Source: Blasia pusilla (Eukaryota). From it: a DNA stretch of 64,000 nucleotides. Where the stretch lies: NCBI GenBank assembly GCA_050084515.1, contig CM114271.1:47988001-48052000 (forward strand), given 5' to 3'. Below, piece by piece: positions 1-13,021 of this stretch. Numbering within the stretch: the first letter of the stretch is position 1; the number at the start of each line of letters is the position of its first letter. Made by a program: the position numbers and the translations under genes. Below the pieces are notes generated by a model. The model was not told the origin of the DNA. It worked only from the letters and a program-made list of their open reading frames with translations, and did not search any database.

Positions 1-383
1 GTTGACTTGATCAAATTAGATCCAAAGAGAGACAAGATCTGGGCTGCTATTGCAGTGGAACTGGCCTAGATGTGCAAAAGCATATGGCGGTAGATGTCAT
101 GACCCTCGTATACAACCCTAGGAACAAAATTAACCATTGGTGAATTTTATCAACTGCATCTATCACCAGTACATGAGTACTTTGTTGTACTAAATTCCTT
201 CTTGTCCACGTCTCGATTAAGGAATGCGAATATCCAGGAGGTTTCCATAATTTCAGAGTTGAAATACCGGAGAAAATTACTATACTCCTCTTTACATTGA
301 GTACATTGAGGTACTCTAATATGTTGAACTCAATGCACTCCTCTCTACATCTGTGAGTCTATTTAACATGGATCTCAACATAC

Positions 384-3300
384 CTTGTTGTACTCCAGGT
401 CCCAGCATTTGACCTGCTTATCGTCTCCTGCTGAAAATAGGTACGGATGCCGTGGACTCACAGCCAGACCTGTTTCCACACCATTCATTCCAAGAAATAA
501 TAAGAGGACTGGCTCGGCGACATTTCACTCCAGTGCTAACACAAAATGATGAAAAGAGGAGTGCAACAAAGGTACGACCTCGAATCTGCTCAATATGTCC
601 AGTTAAAGTGAGCTTGAGCTTGCCAGTAGCCGTTTCCCAAATCTGCAAAACAATTTCAGGGTCGCTGAGGACTTTCCATGCACAGCTGTGCGGCTCAGAT
701 ATATGGACAGTCCACTGAATGCGAGGATGAGAGCCTCTGATTTGTATTACAGAGACGATGACAAACAGAAGATTTGAAACACATTGAAAATATATGTAGG
801 CATGTGGCCTGAGCCACAATGTTGCCACAATATATTCATTTTGAAGTCGTATAAAGTAAAAGGAAAATAAAATTGGATTCCAATCCTTAATTCCATCCAT
901 TTCCAATCTATCATCAGTAACATAGAAACAATGACGGTAAAATTAGAACATGCGCTTTATTTGCCTGATAGCCCAAATGGGGATGCTTACTTTGATTGTT
1001 CGATCAGCAGACCCAGTGCAGAACCACTCATTCCCTGGATCAAAAGCCAGAGATCTCACCCATCCAAGATGTCCACTGATAACCTGAAATGAGAGTCTCC
1101 AGTTACTATGACTGGCAACTAGCCAAAGATGATCCTCCAGACTACAAGTGAAAAGTTACACCCACTAAGTAAATAAGAGGAGTGATTTTTTTAATAGTAC
1201 TTAAGCTAGACTGCGAGACCTTTTCAATATACAAGAAAACAAAATTTGCAGAATCAATTAGTCTGTCCTAAAGAAGAAAGAGGTGTTGAAATAATACCCT
1301 GTAGTTGATCCAAGGTGGATGCCATGCTGGTTTTGGCCATTTGCTGGGCAATCTCTTCATCACCGCAGCACTAGGCTGGTACCTACATTAAGGAGTTTCA
1401 AACTCAATACTTCTAGAACCTTGTAATCGCAAATGAATGCTAGACAAACATGAAATCACAGTACCCACATATTTGATTTCTGGAGAGCTAGTTGCCATTT
1501 TCCCTTCACATGGCATTATCCACTTGAGGACAAAACATAATATCTTTTGTAGAAGAGAAAAGAATGCTATAGGACAAGGGGAAGGATATAGTAGATCAGA
1601 CAATTTCTAATTTTAACAGTGCACAGGTCTTAGATAACAATATGTGTAACCAAAGCAAACCCTCAAGATCAACCTGCTGCTCTGTCAGACCATGATTTCA
1701 ATAGACTTACACAAGAACTGACTCCAGTCACACAATCCAAAACAAAAACAAAACCCACTAACCGTTCAGTGATTGCACCAGAAGCCATCTTGTAGTCTCC
1801 CGCAGCCCCTGTTCCAGGCCCTACGGAAACTGGAGAAGGCTGCCCATGGGGAGATACGGAGACAAGTTGCAAGTCTGCTCCAGCTTCTTTACCATCCCTT
1901 TGACTTCCTGCTCCTTCACCAAGATACAACCAATTCCTTACAGATAAGCTTCCTGGATACAAAACAGTAGCTTCAACCATCCTTACTTGACATGACTCTT
2001 CGCAAATCAGTTGTGTATTAAACTTACAAAATAAGACCAGCAACTGCAAGAGTAAAACTATCCTGATGGCTTAAGCACAGCTCTAACAGTTGTGCAGAGC
2101 TGGTAGTTAAGTCTTAGGAACCAAAACATGAGGTAGAAGACAACCAAAGTCCATTCAAGGTCCCTTCACCTGTAGGTGCTGACTGGCTAGGTGCCAGAAG
2201 AGTTAAATTCTCTCCTCCATTGGAAGAGGGTGCAACAGAACTGGAATCTCTTGGTGGCAAAGGGGGAAGGTCCTTCACTGCACTAAACTCTCCGCGTATC
2301 TGCACATGTACAGTAAACCTTTGGCAGATAAGCATATATGAAGAGAGAAATAAGTGATAAATCCATAAAAAGTAAAACATACACTAACATGGTCAAAATA
2401 AATCAATGGACCAGAACATTAATATGAATGCATCCCCGCCGCTGATACTAGAAAGGTAGGGTATCAGGTCTTTAGTAGTGGGTATCAAGCGCAGCACAAC
2501 AAGCATTGACGCACCAAACTGACTAGGTCGTCTGATTACTAGATACGCCAAATTCTAGACACTCTAATAACTAGGCCTGATACTTCTGGTCCTGCTGCAG
2601 CCAGAGAGATTCCAGTAACACAGTCTCAGGAGCACATAGAACTCCACTCCGGCAGTAAGTAAAGCAGGCACAAGATGCTATTAAGTTTTCAGCCAACCGC
2701 TGATAACGTCAACCCTACGTTTTCACAACGGTATCAGAATCTTCCTGGCCTTCATGCACTGCCCTCTGAAGTCAAGCAAATGTATAGCTCTCTGGAGCTC
2801 TCACCAGTTTGGTTGTCACTCAAGATTGTGGAAAAATGGCTCATCGTGGATGTGTATACAAGCAGAAAATGGGGAATAGTTCACGTATTGCGCTCAAAAA
2901 AAAGAAGTGCTTTGTAATCCAAACGAGTGTGGGATGGGTAATCTTACAATTCAAGTTTTGCTAACCAAGTTGTCTCCAGACAGCAAATGATGGGGGTGAA
3001 AGAAAGTATATCCATTGTGCTGTGCTTAATTTTTATGGGTGTCAGGAAGTGGCTTCTCTTCATCCTATTATGAAAACATTTCTTACATGGACATCTTAAT
3101 TTCCTTCAACGACCCAAGTTTCCGGCCCGTACTGGCTGTAACTTTGTATATGAACATGCATGTGAATGTTCGAGTCCAAACCTTACAAGCGACCCTTATG
3201 TTGCGACTGCTCATCCCATTCGCAAATCATAAACACATAACACAAAACAAACATGTCAAGAAGTTAGTCAAAATCCTCCCCTAAACCCTGGCCTTATACA

Positions 3301-3728
3301 GAGGGGACGAACTCCTGAAGCGGGACTACAATTTTCCATTTGAGAAAATCCTCAGGGTTTAAGCGGCGAGTCTCGAGTTCAACAATGCCCGAGATAACGC
3401 GACCTACAAAACAATCAAAAGACCACCTGACATGGTCCCACAAACTATCTTTGTGAAAACCACCACAGAATTCGTTATAGTATTGGCCAATTATCTCCGA
3501 CCCTTCTGAAAAACAATGAGCCAACGTTCACAGCTGAATCAATCCCCAGCACGACAGCGCTCCGGCTCAAAAAGACCTGGTACAACCGACCGACCTGCTC
3601 AAATTTCCCGCAACACGATCCGCATGCGACGCAGCAAAAATGTCGTAAGATCGCTTCAACGACTTCAGCGTCAATTTCTTCAGAGACTGAGGCTCTATGA
3701 AATTCAAGCCTCCCACAGTCGACGGCAT
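384..3728 (-). CDS. PRL1: PRL1/PLRG1 WD40 spliceosomal (NTC/MAC) protein, 5' part; gene continues off the left edge
   Basis: Exons read with GT-AG borders: 3595-3728 ([31 protein letters not shown]), 3182-3206, 2170-2299, 1763-~1952 (acceptor uncertain, 1907 is an alternative), 1298-1382 ([18 protein letters not shown]), 991-1083 ([31 protein letters not shown]), 579-642 ([21 protein letters not shown]), 384-469 ([29 protein letters not shown]). These are characteristic PRL1 motifs. Confidence 0.93.
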
Positions 3729-4270
3729 GGCTGCAATCCTCAAAACCCGCTCCTATCCGATACAAACATGAACACCACCTCCGTCCTCCCTCCTCAACGA
3801 CCCATCAGGCCCTACGATTGAAACCTTATGCTCGATTGCATCGCGCCACAACGCGCCTGCGAAGCACATCTGTAGCACGTGTACGCCATGAAAGCTCGCT
3901 TGCGGAGCGTAACCGGTGCGCGGGCAGAACTCTCTCGTATTGCGTTGTCCTTTCCCTCTCTTCTCGCTCTCTTCCCCGTCATTAGGGTTCGCTTGTCGTG
4001 ATGACACCGGACAGGCTTGTGGTGTTGCCGTCATGTAGGGCCAATTCTTCTATCCCGGTGGTGTTGTCTATCTCTGCGAGTGCACGGGTGGGGGTGAAAA
4101 TCACCCGTGAGGAAACGGCAGGCAAGCTATGTCAATTTTTGTGTTACACTTGCCATCTCCATAGTTTACCAAACCCGTCTTCTTCTAATATTATATTTTT
4201 ATATACAAACTATTATCTAACCCCTACTTGATTTAGACTTCCTCCCCGTTCGAATTCAATTCAATTCGAG

Positions 4271-4344
4271 TTATTTTTTCTTCACCCTCGAATATATCCA
4301 TAAGGGTCTATTTTTTCTTCACCCTCGAATATATCCATAAGGGT
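4271..4344. repeat. Tandem duplication of ~37 bp (TATTTTTTCTTCACCCTCGAATATATCCATAAGGGT x2)
   Basis: Two adjacent near-identical copies. Confidence 0.8.
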
Positions 4345-4394
4345 TTGTGATAGTTTATGATTGAGGAGAGCTAATGATAGACATTTTAAAATTT

Positions 4395-4615
4395 ACATGT
4401 GCGGAGCATGGGCACCTCACTAGTAGATTATTATGGGAGAGTGTTTTTTTGATTTGCAAACATTTTTTTGCTTGACACATGACAACCGAAAAAAAAAAAA
4501 AAAATTATTTTTCTATAGATGGTAATAAAATATTTTCCCCTATAAGAACAGCACGAAAAAAAATTTGCATGATTAGTCCCTTCACTCTCGTGCATGGCAT
4601 GGGCTGCCTACTAGT
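4395..4615 (+). mobile_element. Two Helitron-like 3' termini
   Basis: GTGCGGAGCATGGGCACCTCA-CTAG-T (CTAG at 4420-4423) and CGTGCATGGCATGGGCTGCCTA-CTAG-T (4611-4614): a decayed GC hairpin followed by CTAG and T, typical of Helitron 3' ends. Confidence 0.5.
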
Positions 4616-5157
4616 ATAATTAAATAAAAGAGGACTAGTTACTCAAGCCCACATTCTCGCTTCCGCTTCATCCACAACGGCTCTCCCTAAGAAGAAAGAT
4701 GAACCTAGCGAAACGTTCTCCTACTGATGTATTTTGACATCCCACAACTTCGGCAGACCCCTTAGTCCCATTCATCTTCGACGTAAGAGTGCACATAAAT
4801 CTTAGTAATACGATCTCGGATTTTTTAACTTCTTGTGCTTCCATGATACATTCTCCAGCTTGTCCATCATAATACATGGGGGAAAGGTGAAAAGAACGCC
4901 CATTGGGGAGCGAAATACAACATGAAATCATAAGCTCCCAAACAGTGATTCAGTCTATGGTCCAAATACTCTACAACATGAAGTAGATAAAGAGGTGAAA
5001 GGGTCTTTTTATCATAAAAATAGGTAAAGGAGGTTGAGACCATTTCACCATGATCTGCAAAAATAATAATAATAAATATTGAATTAATAGAAAATTTATC
5101 TACAATTTTAAATTTTAATGTTCAAACGAGGTTCTAAAACATAATTTTGAAAAAAAA

Positions 5158-5315
5158 GTGCTAAGCTATTTGTTGGGGTAGAAACAGCAGCAGTTAGAAA
5201 ATTACAACCTTTTAAATAAGAACTAGCTAATCCATGAGTAAACCATGAAGTTACGAAGGTTGTAAATACAAACCAACCGCCTAAGATAAAATATGCACAA
5301 GGAAAAAGTTGAATA
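5158..5315 (-). pseudogene. psbD: psbD fragment (NUPT)
   Basis: [49 protein letters not shown] matches PSII D2. Confidence 0.9.
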
Positions 5316-5344
5316 CTAGGTAGGACTCCCCAATAACAAGGGGC

Positions 5345-5429
5345 AAAAATTTCTAAAAGATGATCTTCCATTCCTAAAGTAAAATAATTATACACTAAAT
5401 CTGCTATTTGATTAGTATCTTCATAGCCT
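5345..5429 (-). pseudogene. chlB: chlB fragment (NUPT)
   Basis: [28 protein letters not shown] is the DPOR ChlB motif. Confidence 0.85.
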
Positions 5430-7610
5430 AAATTTACTTGGCCTAGGTACAGGGGATATAGCTCAGCGTCGGATCACTAAGGCCAACTTACGTCCATACT
5501 CAACGGGTATGTCTTGCATTTCAAGGTAAGAAAGGGGTAGCGAAAATGCCTCTAGCCAACGTCTAAGTACCAAGCACTTCAGTGCTGAAGTAACTCATGG
5601 CACACTCCCAACTAGATCAAAAGGATCAAGTTGGGACACGATGTCGAATGTTCTATTTTTATATTTTATTTATTCATTCATTCATTTATTCATTCATTCA
5701 TTCAAAGAGTTATGTTCCATTTTTTAATTTTAGTCTTCTATTTTTAGTTTTATTTCAAACCAGTGCTTCACTCTACTAGATAGATTAAAAAAATGAGATG
5801 TAGTGAAAGCGAGCAACACATATTTTAGATCAATTCAAAACAATAGGACGGGTTTGCGCCCCAAGCAACCTAGATAAAAACAGTTCATTAACTTTCGCTT
5901 CTTAATGGGTTTTATGTTACGCCAATTTGAACTTGGCCGATCCTCTTTTCCAAATTTTGACAGCTCATCTTTGTCTTAGTATAAATTTTCAATGGCATGT
6001 TCGAGTCCTCTTTCCCATGAGATTCTGCATTTTTTGAACCATGAAACTTTTGTTTCTAATTGTAACGCAATATATTCTGCAATAATGCTAGGTTCTCCAT
6101 GGGGTTTGATAATTTCTATTAAAGTTGTCGACCCAACCCTTGGAACGTTCTATTGCCCCAGGTGGCAAAGAGTCGACATCGAGTCAAGTAGTTAATACTT
6201 TTTTAAAACGTGGTGCATTAGAATATGCAACGGAAAAGATGTTTTGGATTGTGAACCCGTATTGAGTTATTACATAGATGAATGGAATAACCGTCAGGAG
6301 GGGGTTGCCAAAGGCAAGGCCCGATGCTTATTCCTCATATACCGTCATTGCATCTTCTTTGAGAAAAGGTTCACTTGTTGTACCCCAAACATCAGATTGT
6401 ATTTTCCAACTAAAATGGAAGATAACTACATAAATAGAATTATACATCCGAAATAAGAGTAAAAGCTTCAACAGCTCGTTGACCAAAATGCTAATATTTA
6501 TATTATTGATATAATTAACTTAAATTATAATTATAATTAACCTATTATTAAATAATTAAATTTTATATTCGAATATTTTAGTTTATTTTAATATAAAAAT
6601 ACATATTATGGATTTCTTATTAAAAAATATGATTGAAAAAATTGAAAAAATACATAGAGAAAGCCATATGTGATTTAAATCGCAAGTGTGGTTTATGAAC
6701 AACTTTATTCTATTCTAATTAAAAAAATTTAATAATAATTCTATTTACAACCAATTAAAAAAATTGGCAACTTTTAACTTCTTCTTTTTTACATAAAATC
6801 TTCGTACTCCATGGTTAGAACCATTATGAGGTCCTTATGGTTTAGATCTAAGTAAATTGAAAAAACATCTTATAATTGGGATGTTTTAAGGAACTACTAT
6901 TTATTCATCTCTATTAATGCCAACTTCATGCAGACGAGTTGCAAAATCTAATCCGAATTGAGGTCGGGTTTTTGAGGTTAAATTTCTCTCGTGAGGTCGT
7001 GACCCTTTATCCGAAAGAAGCTTTATGACCAATAACCACATAAACACATATTACATTTTGCAGATCCCAAATTGGATGAGCAATCGGTCTTACATGTAAA
7101 GGATCTTATACCCAAACTTCAAAATTACCTTGCACTTTAGTAATAAGTTTGTTGATAATCTTATTCCAATAAAAATAGAATCTATTTTTAGTTTCTTAGG
7201 TTCATTTCAAATAGCAACAGAGTTTCACCACCAAGTTCGAGATGGATTGGTGTGTACAACATCTATTTTAGCTATATTATGATTTCAGTTTTTAGCTGGT
7301 TTATTAATTGAAATTAATCAAAAAAAATTCTAGATGATTTAGTTCTTCCATTTGTTTAATCAAATGATGACATAATTTATGTAGAAATAAAATAATTATT
7401 ACAAAATTATGTATTAAAACTGTTTAAAATAAAAATAATCTCATAAGTATTATGACGTTAATAGATGTTTTATATTTAAAATATTTTTTAATAGGTCCTG
7501 TAAATCTATAATTTCAAATAGAATTATGGATGAAAGTAAAGAGATAAGGGTAACAATTAATTTAGAATGTATTCATTGTGCTCAAAATGGTGAAAAAACA
7601 TTTCCAGGTT

Positions 7611-8000
7611 CTCCTGCGCATACACATCGCTACACAACATATATCGTTGTTATTGAACATACACACAAACAAGCACAATCCCATCCTAACTCATGACGTC
7701 CAAACATCAAGACAATAGGTACCAAAGTATATCAATAAATCAAGTGGATCTCTCACAACACAATTTCTCACAAATATGTGCTCTCTCTCTCGTCAAACCA
7801 AACCCACTATGGCCCTGTGGGATCCCCGTGGACAATAAATCTATTCATTCATTCATTCATTCATTCTCTCTCTCTTGTCAAACCAAACCCATTCTCCTAA
7901 TGAGAGGCTTGGGTTACACACACAAGGCAAGGAGGACCATAACTATGCCGCCACATACTTATAGCTTCAATAAAAAGAGAATGAGCCCTCAAACTCTCTC
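7611..8000 (-). mobile_element. Truncated terminal-repeat (B plus part of A) fragment of the same family as 8648-9349
   Basis: GCGCATACACATCGCTACACAAC...GGCTTGGGTTACACACACAAGGC is shared with 8648-8950. Confidence 0.7.
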
Positions 8001-8647
8001 AAACATAATTGAGTTGTGACCAAAAGCTCAAAAGGTGCTAAGTCATTTTTGACCCATATCATTAAATCTTCAATGAAAAAAATACTTTTCAGTTTCCATC
8101 TTGTCGAAGTATCTTATCTAGATTTGAAATTTTATACACATGATCCCCAAGGTGTATGTAGATCTATTCCAAAGTTTCAAGCATAGCGGAGTTGTGACCA
8201 AAGCTCAAAAGGTGTTGAGGCATTTTTTACACGTGTTATTAAACCTTCAATGAAAAAAAAAATTTCTTTTCGTTTTCCATCTTGTCCAAGTATCTCATCT
8301 AGAGCTTAACTTTTGTACACATGATCCCTAACATGTATATAGATCTCTCAAAAGATTTCAAGCAAAATGGAGTGATGAAAAAAACCTCAAAAATTATGAA
8401 CTTATGTTTTTTTATTTAAGGGCACCGGTTCAAAAAATCAGTTAACAATTTTTGAACTCGTGCCCTTAAATCTTCCAAAAAGAAAATTTCTTTTCATTTT
8501 CCACCTTGTCCAACTATCTCATCTTGAGCTCCAATTTCATACACATGATCCCTAAAGTGTACGTAGTTCACTTGCAAAGTTTCAAGCAAAATGGAGTTGT
8601 TTCCAAGACCTCCAAATTTTATAAGTCTGTTTTTTACATGGGCGACC

Positions 8648-8950
8648 TGTCGTGCGCATACACATCGCTACACAACGTACATCGTTGTCACTGAACATAC
8701 ATACAAACACACATGATCTCATGCTAACTCATGGCATCCACACAACGAGACGCGAAGTACCAAAATATCTCCAATAAATCAATGAAATCTCTCTCACATC
8801 TCACACCAAGCTCTCCATGGTGTGCACGCTATCTCATGTCAAACCAAACCCACTCTCCTTATAAAAGGCTTGGGTTACACACACAAGGCATGGAAGACCA
8901 TAGTTCAAACGCCTCATGCCAAGAGGTTCAACAAAAAGATAATACGCTCT

Positions 8951-9036
<86 letters not shown>

Positions 9037-9349
9037 GGTATACACCCTTCCCTCTCCCAAGCTCTCTCCTAGGTAACCTAGGCTCGCAAGTCACCTCCTT
9101 GGCTCTTGACCCGCCGTAGCGGGTCAACGTCCACTCCCCAAAGTGGGATGTCAACTATTAAAAGAACCGGAAACTTGCTCGAAATAATAAGTTTCTCAAT
9201 ATAGCTCCAATGAGCCGAAACGATGGGGAAACCCGCTCTCTCAGGTTACTCGTGGCCTCAATAGGTCATCCTCGACCTTTCGAGGTTGCCTTCAGTATCT
9301 TCGAAAGCATGCTACTAGATCTCACCGATCTATCCTTAAAGACGTGAGA
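8648..9349 (-). mobile_element. Solo LTR-like (A+B) repeat with 4-bp TSD GACC; contains a (CT)n tract
   Basis: Ends TGTCGTGCG...GACGTGAGA are flanked by GACC on both sides (8644-8647, 9350-9353). It is the reverse complement of 11156-11660. Confidence 0.78.
8954..9031. repeat. (CT)n microsatellite
   Basis: Perfect dinucleotide run of ~78 bp. Confidence 0.97.
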
Positions 9350-11996
9350 GACCAAACCTTAAATGGAAAAAAAAACTTTTCATTTTCTACATTGTCGAAC
9401 TATCTCATCTTGACCTATAATTTGGTACACATCATCCCCAAAGTGCATGTAGCTTTCTTTCAAAGTTTCAAGAAAAAATGAGTTCTGACCAAAAGCTCGA
9501 AATGTTTTAAGTCATTTCTTAACCCGTGCCATCAAACCTTCAATGAAAAGAAAGTATTTTCATTTCCCATATTGTCCAACTATCTCACGTTGATCTGAAA
9601 TTTGGTGCACATGGTCCCCAAAGTGTATGCATCTCTCTTGCAAAGTTTCAAGAAAAATGGATTTTTGACCAAAACCTCAACAATCGCGAAGATATTTTTT
9701 AACCCGCGTCATTACACCTTTGATGAAAAGGAGGTCTTTTCAATTTTTTATCTCGTCCAAGTATCTAATCTTGAGCTGAACTTTGGTACATATGATTTCC
9801 AAGGTGCATGTCATTCTCTTGAAAACTTTCAAGCAAAATGAAGTTGTAACAAAAACCTCAAAATTTGTTAACTCATTTTTTGAACCCGTGCCTTGAAACC
9901 TTGAATCAAAAGAATGTCTTTTTATTTTCCATCTTGTCCAAATATCTTATCTTCCTGATCCCCAAGGTCTCTTGCAGAGTTCCAAGCAAAACAAAGATTT
10001 GACCAAAAGTTCATAAATTGTTAACTCATTTTTTGAATCCTACTCGACCTTAAACCTTCAATCAAAAGGAAATATTCTCATTTTCTATCTTTTCCAATCA
10101 TCTCATTTAGAGTTGATAGTTGGTAAACTTGATCCCCAAGGTATATGTTCCTCTCTTGCAAATTTTCAAGCTAAATTGAGCGGTGACCAAAAGCTCAAAA
10201 ATAACTAAGTCATTTTTTGACCCACGCCATTAAACCTTCAATGAGAATGAGGTATTTTCGTTTTTCATCTTGTCCAAATATCTCATATTGAGCTTAACTT
10301 TGGTATCCATGATCCCCAAGGTGCATGTAGCTCTCCTCACAAGTTTAAAGCAAAATGGAGTTATGACCAAAAGCTAAAAAAATTTTGACTCGTGTTTTGA
10401 ATCGACGTTAATAAATCTTCAATGAAAATGGGATGTTTTCATTTTTCATCTTGTCCATTTTTTATCATGTTGCATAGAATATGTATTTTGAAATTTGAAA
10501 TTTGCAAGAGAGGAATGTATCCACAAATTCATACTTTCTAATTTGACCCTCAATGAAAAAATCATTGTTTTATTAGGATGAATGTCACAAAAAGGGACTT
10601 CTTCCAAATAACATTCTTACAATAATCTTTACAAAATAAGTTTGCTACAACCATTTACTAATCCATTTCACTAAGGTCACTACTCACTTTACTAGTCTAG
10701 GTCTATGGTTGGGTTTAGTGGATTAAGATGTAGGCGGTAATTTGAAGGCTCAAGAATTCAAATTCGGCAATGATTTCTTGTTGCAATTGTTTCATTATGG
10801 GATAAAATGTATGAAATATCCATCAAATTGATGGGTTGATAGTTTGAGAGATCCGATATGAGAACATCATTATTGTTAGGCTCATCAACTGAGTCCACTT
10901 TTTCATTGTTCAAAGATTGTGGAGGAGAATCCTGCATAGGTTCACTTGACTCAATGGAATAATTATGAATTCCTATCGGTGCAACAATCTGAGGGTCGTA
11001 GGTTGTGTTAACAGAAGTGTCCGATAGATGCGGTTCTCTAGAAGTCCTCCTTTGTTGCTCTTCCTCGTGCTCTCGAATCCAATATTCCATAACATCTTTG
11101 TCTCGTCGAGACACCTCAGAGTCAAAATTTTCTATATTGTCGATAAAAGAATCCTTGTCACGTCTGTTATAATAGATCGACGAGATATAGTAGAGTGCCT
11201 TCTCGAGTAGTGGAGGACATGCTCAAGAGGTCGAGGATGACTAGCTGAGGCCCCGGAAAACCTGAGAGAGCGGGTTTTCCCTTCGTTTCGGTTCATTTCG
11301 AGCCATATAGATAAACTTACTATTTTAGGCAAGTGCCCTTTTAAGTATCTAGTCGACATTTTATTTTTGGTACATGGCTCTTGACCTCCTACATCGGGTC
11401 AAGAGCCAAGGAGGTGACTTGGGAGCATAAGTTACCATGGAGAGAGCTTGGGAGAGGGGAGGGGTATACCTCAAGGAGAGAGAGCTTGAGAACTCATTCT
11501 CTCTTTGTTGAACCTGTTGGCACGAGGCGGCCAAGCTATGGTGCCTTGCCTTTTGAGTGTAATCCAAGCCTCTAATCAGGGTAGTAGGTTTGGTTTGACA
11601 TTGAGAGAGACATGTGAGAGTGCACACATGTGAGAACTATGGTGTTGTGAGAGAGATTTCACCGTATTTTACAAAGAGAGAATGAATGAGTGAGAGAGCT
11701 TCATGGGGGAGCTCGTTGGTTGCTCGATGTTTGGTGCAGGTTGGGGGACCGTGTTCCCCGCTTCATGGCTCATGGGAGTGCTTATCGAAGCAAGAGTCAT
11801 GCGAGTTTTCTGTTTTGCCTTTTTTTTTTACGAGAGAGTGGCACGTGGAAGCGCTGACCAATTTTTTTTATAGGAATTGAATATGGGGGTGGATTGCTCC
11901 ATGCCGGTGCTCTCGGGAGCACCATATACATTCTCACAGGTTTTACATTTTTTTGAGAGAAATAAGCGCGGAAGCGGTGCAAAATCTTGTGGAGGA

Positions 11997-12404
11997 TGTC
12001 ATGACCATACGGATTATGTCGTAGAGTATAGTGTGGTAGTAGAGGCCATACCTTATGTAGGGCCGCTGTGTCTAGGTAGAGATGCGATTTCATACATAGG
12101 GTTGGGAGTTACTCAGTAAAGGGTGACTTTTCCAGTAGGGCCCGCTCTTAGGTTGGTGGATATAAGGTGGAGTGCACTCAAAGAACAGTTAGTTCTTTGA
12201 GTTGAGCGTGTTGCGTTGGGAGTTAGCCTTGGTAGTGAGTAGAGCTCTTGGCTATGGTGTTTCCCGCAAGCTTCGACCTAAATTCTCCCATCGTGGAGTG
12301 GGTTTGGCTCGATTGTATGTGATTCTATATGTGTTTTATGATAGTAGGTCTTTCACGAATTTCACTCAAAGAACTAACGTAGATCGATAGTAGCTTCAAT
12401 TGTG
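11997..12404 (+). repeat. Terminal repeat A1 (5' incomplete LTR)
   Basis: Matches 21144-21518 (about 13 substitutions by eye, plus a ~34-bp indel near the end). It lacks segment B. Confidence 0.9.
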
Positions 12405-12967
12405 GATCAGTAGCATCTAGTTAGGGCTGATTGTGTACTCAGCCGTGGATGTTCGTGGCTTGTGGCCTATGTTGGAGTTGTGAATCTGGTGCGTGGTTGG
12501 TTGGGAAAGAAGCGCCTTGCTGAGAGCTTTCCAACGCGCTTTAGATCTCCGGATTTCGTCAAGGGAGTTGGAAGTTATCAAGGATTGAAGATTCTGGTTC
12601 GTGTTCGACGGTTTTATGATGTGGAGAGCTTGGAGTGCGGAAGCTCTGTTGAAGTTCATCCAGATCGGGTGAGAGGTTCTTGTTGTTACTTGTATTTTGA
12701 TCTCATGTGAAGCTATCTGCTTGAGTGTGTGGAGCGTTGCGGATTCCTACGTGCATGAAACTGGGCGGAAGCGCTGTCGGATTTGCGATTCTGGAGGTGT
12801 ATGGACAGCAACTTTGTCTGAATTTTAGCTCCGAGTACAGAGCTTGATTGTAGCTGATTTCATGTGGAGAGATATCTATGGTGGTCAATTGAATTCTGGT
12901 CGAAACAGATTCAATTTTGGTCAAGGATTTGTGAAGTAATTGCTATTCGAAATTTCGCTGACTAGCT

Positions 12968-13021
12968 CTTCGAGGCAACTCGAAGAGGCTTCGAGGCAAC
13001 TCGAAGAGGCTTCGAGGCAAC
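12968..13021. repeat. 21-bp tandem repeat (CTTCGAGGCAACTCGAAGAGG), ~2.5 copies, in the element 5' region
   Basis: Directly visible; each unit can form a CTTCGAG/CTCGAAG hairpin. Confidence 0.8.

Larger units (their letters stand above)
4635..7600. other. Nuclear plastid DNA (NUPT) mosaic of short shuffled chloroplast fragments
   Basis: Recognisable 40-160 bp pieces in mixed orientation: 23S, 16S and 5S rRNA, psbD, chlB, rpoC2, atpA, ndhH, psbC, psaB, psaJ and rpl33, joined by AT-rich DNA. Confidence 0.88.
8005..10460 (+). repeat. ~180-bp tandem array (diverged), 3' of hAT copy 1; interrupted by a solo repeat at 8648-9349
   Basis: Recurring ...TCCCCAAGGTGCATGTAG...AAAGTTTCAAGCAAAATGGAGTTGTGACCAAAAGCTCAAAA... 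about every 180 bp; same family as 47100-51120. Confidence 0.85.

Noticed and set aside
4635-7260. Functional rRNA/tRNA genes
   Set aside because: Only 30-150 bp mutated plastid fragments in mixed orientation.
8731-9154. ORFs with SLSL/ERER runs
   Set aside because: Translations of the (CT)n microsatellite.
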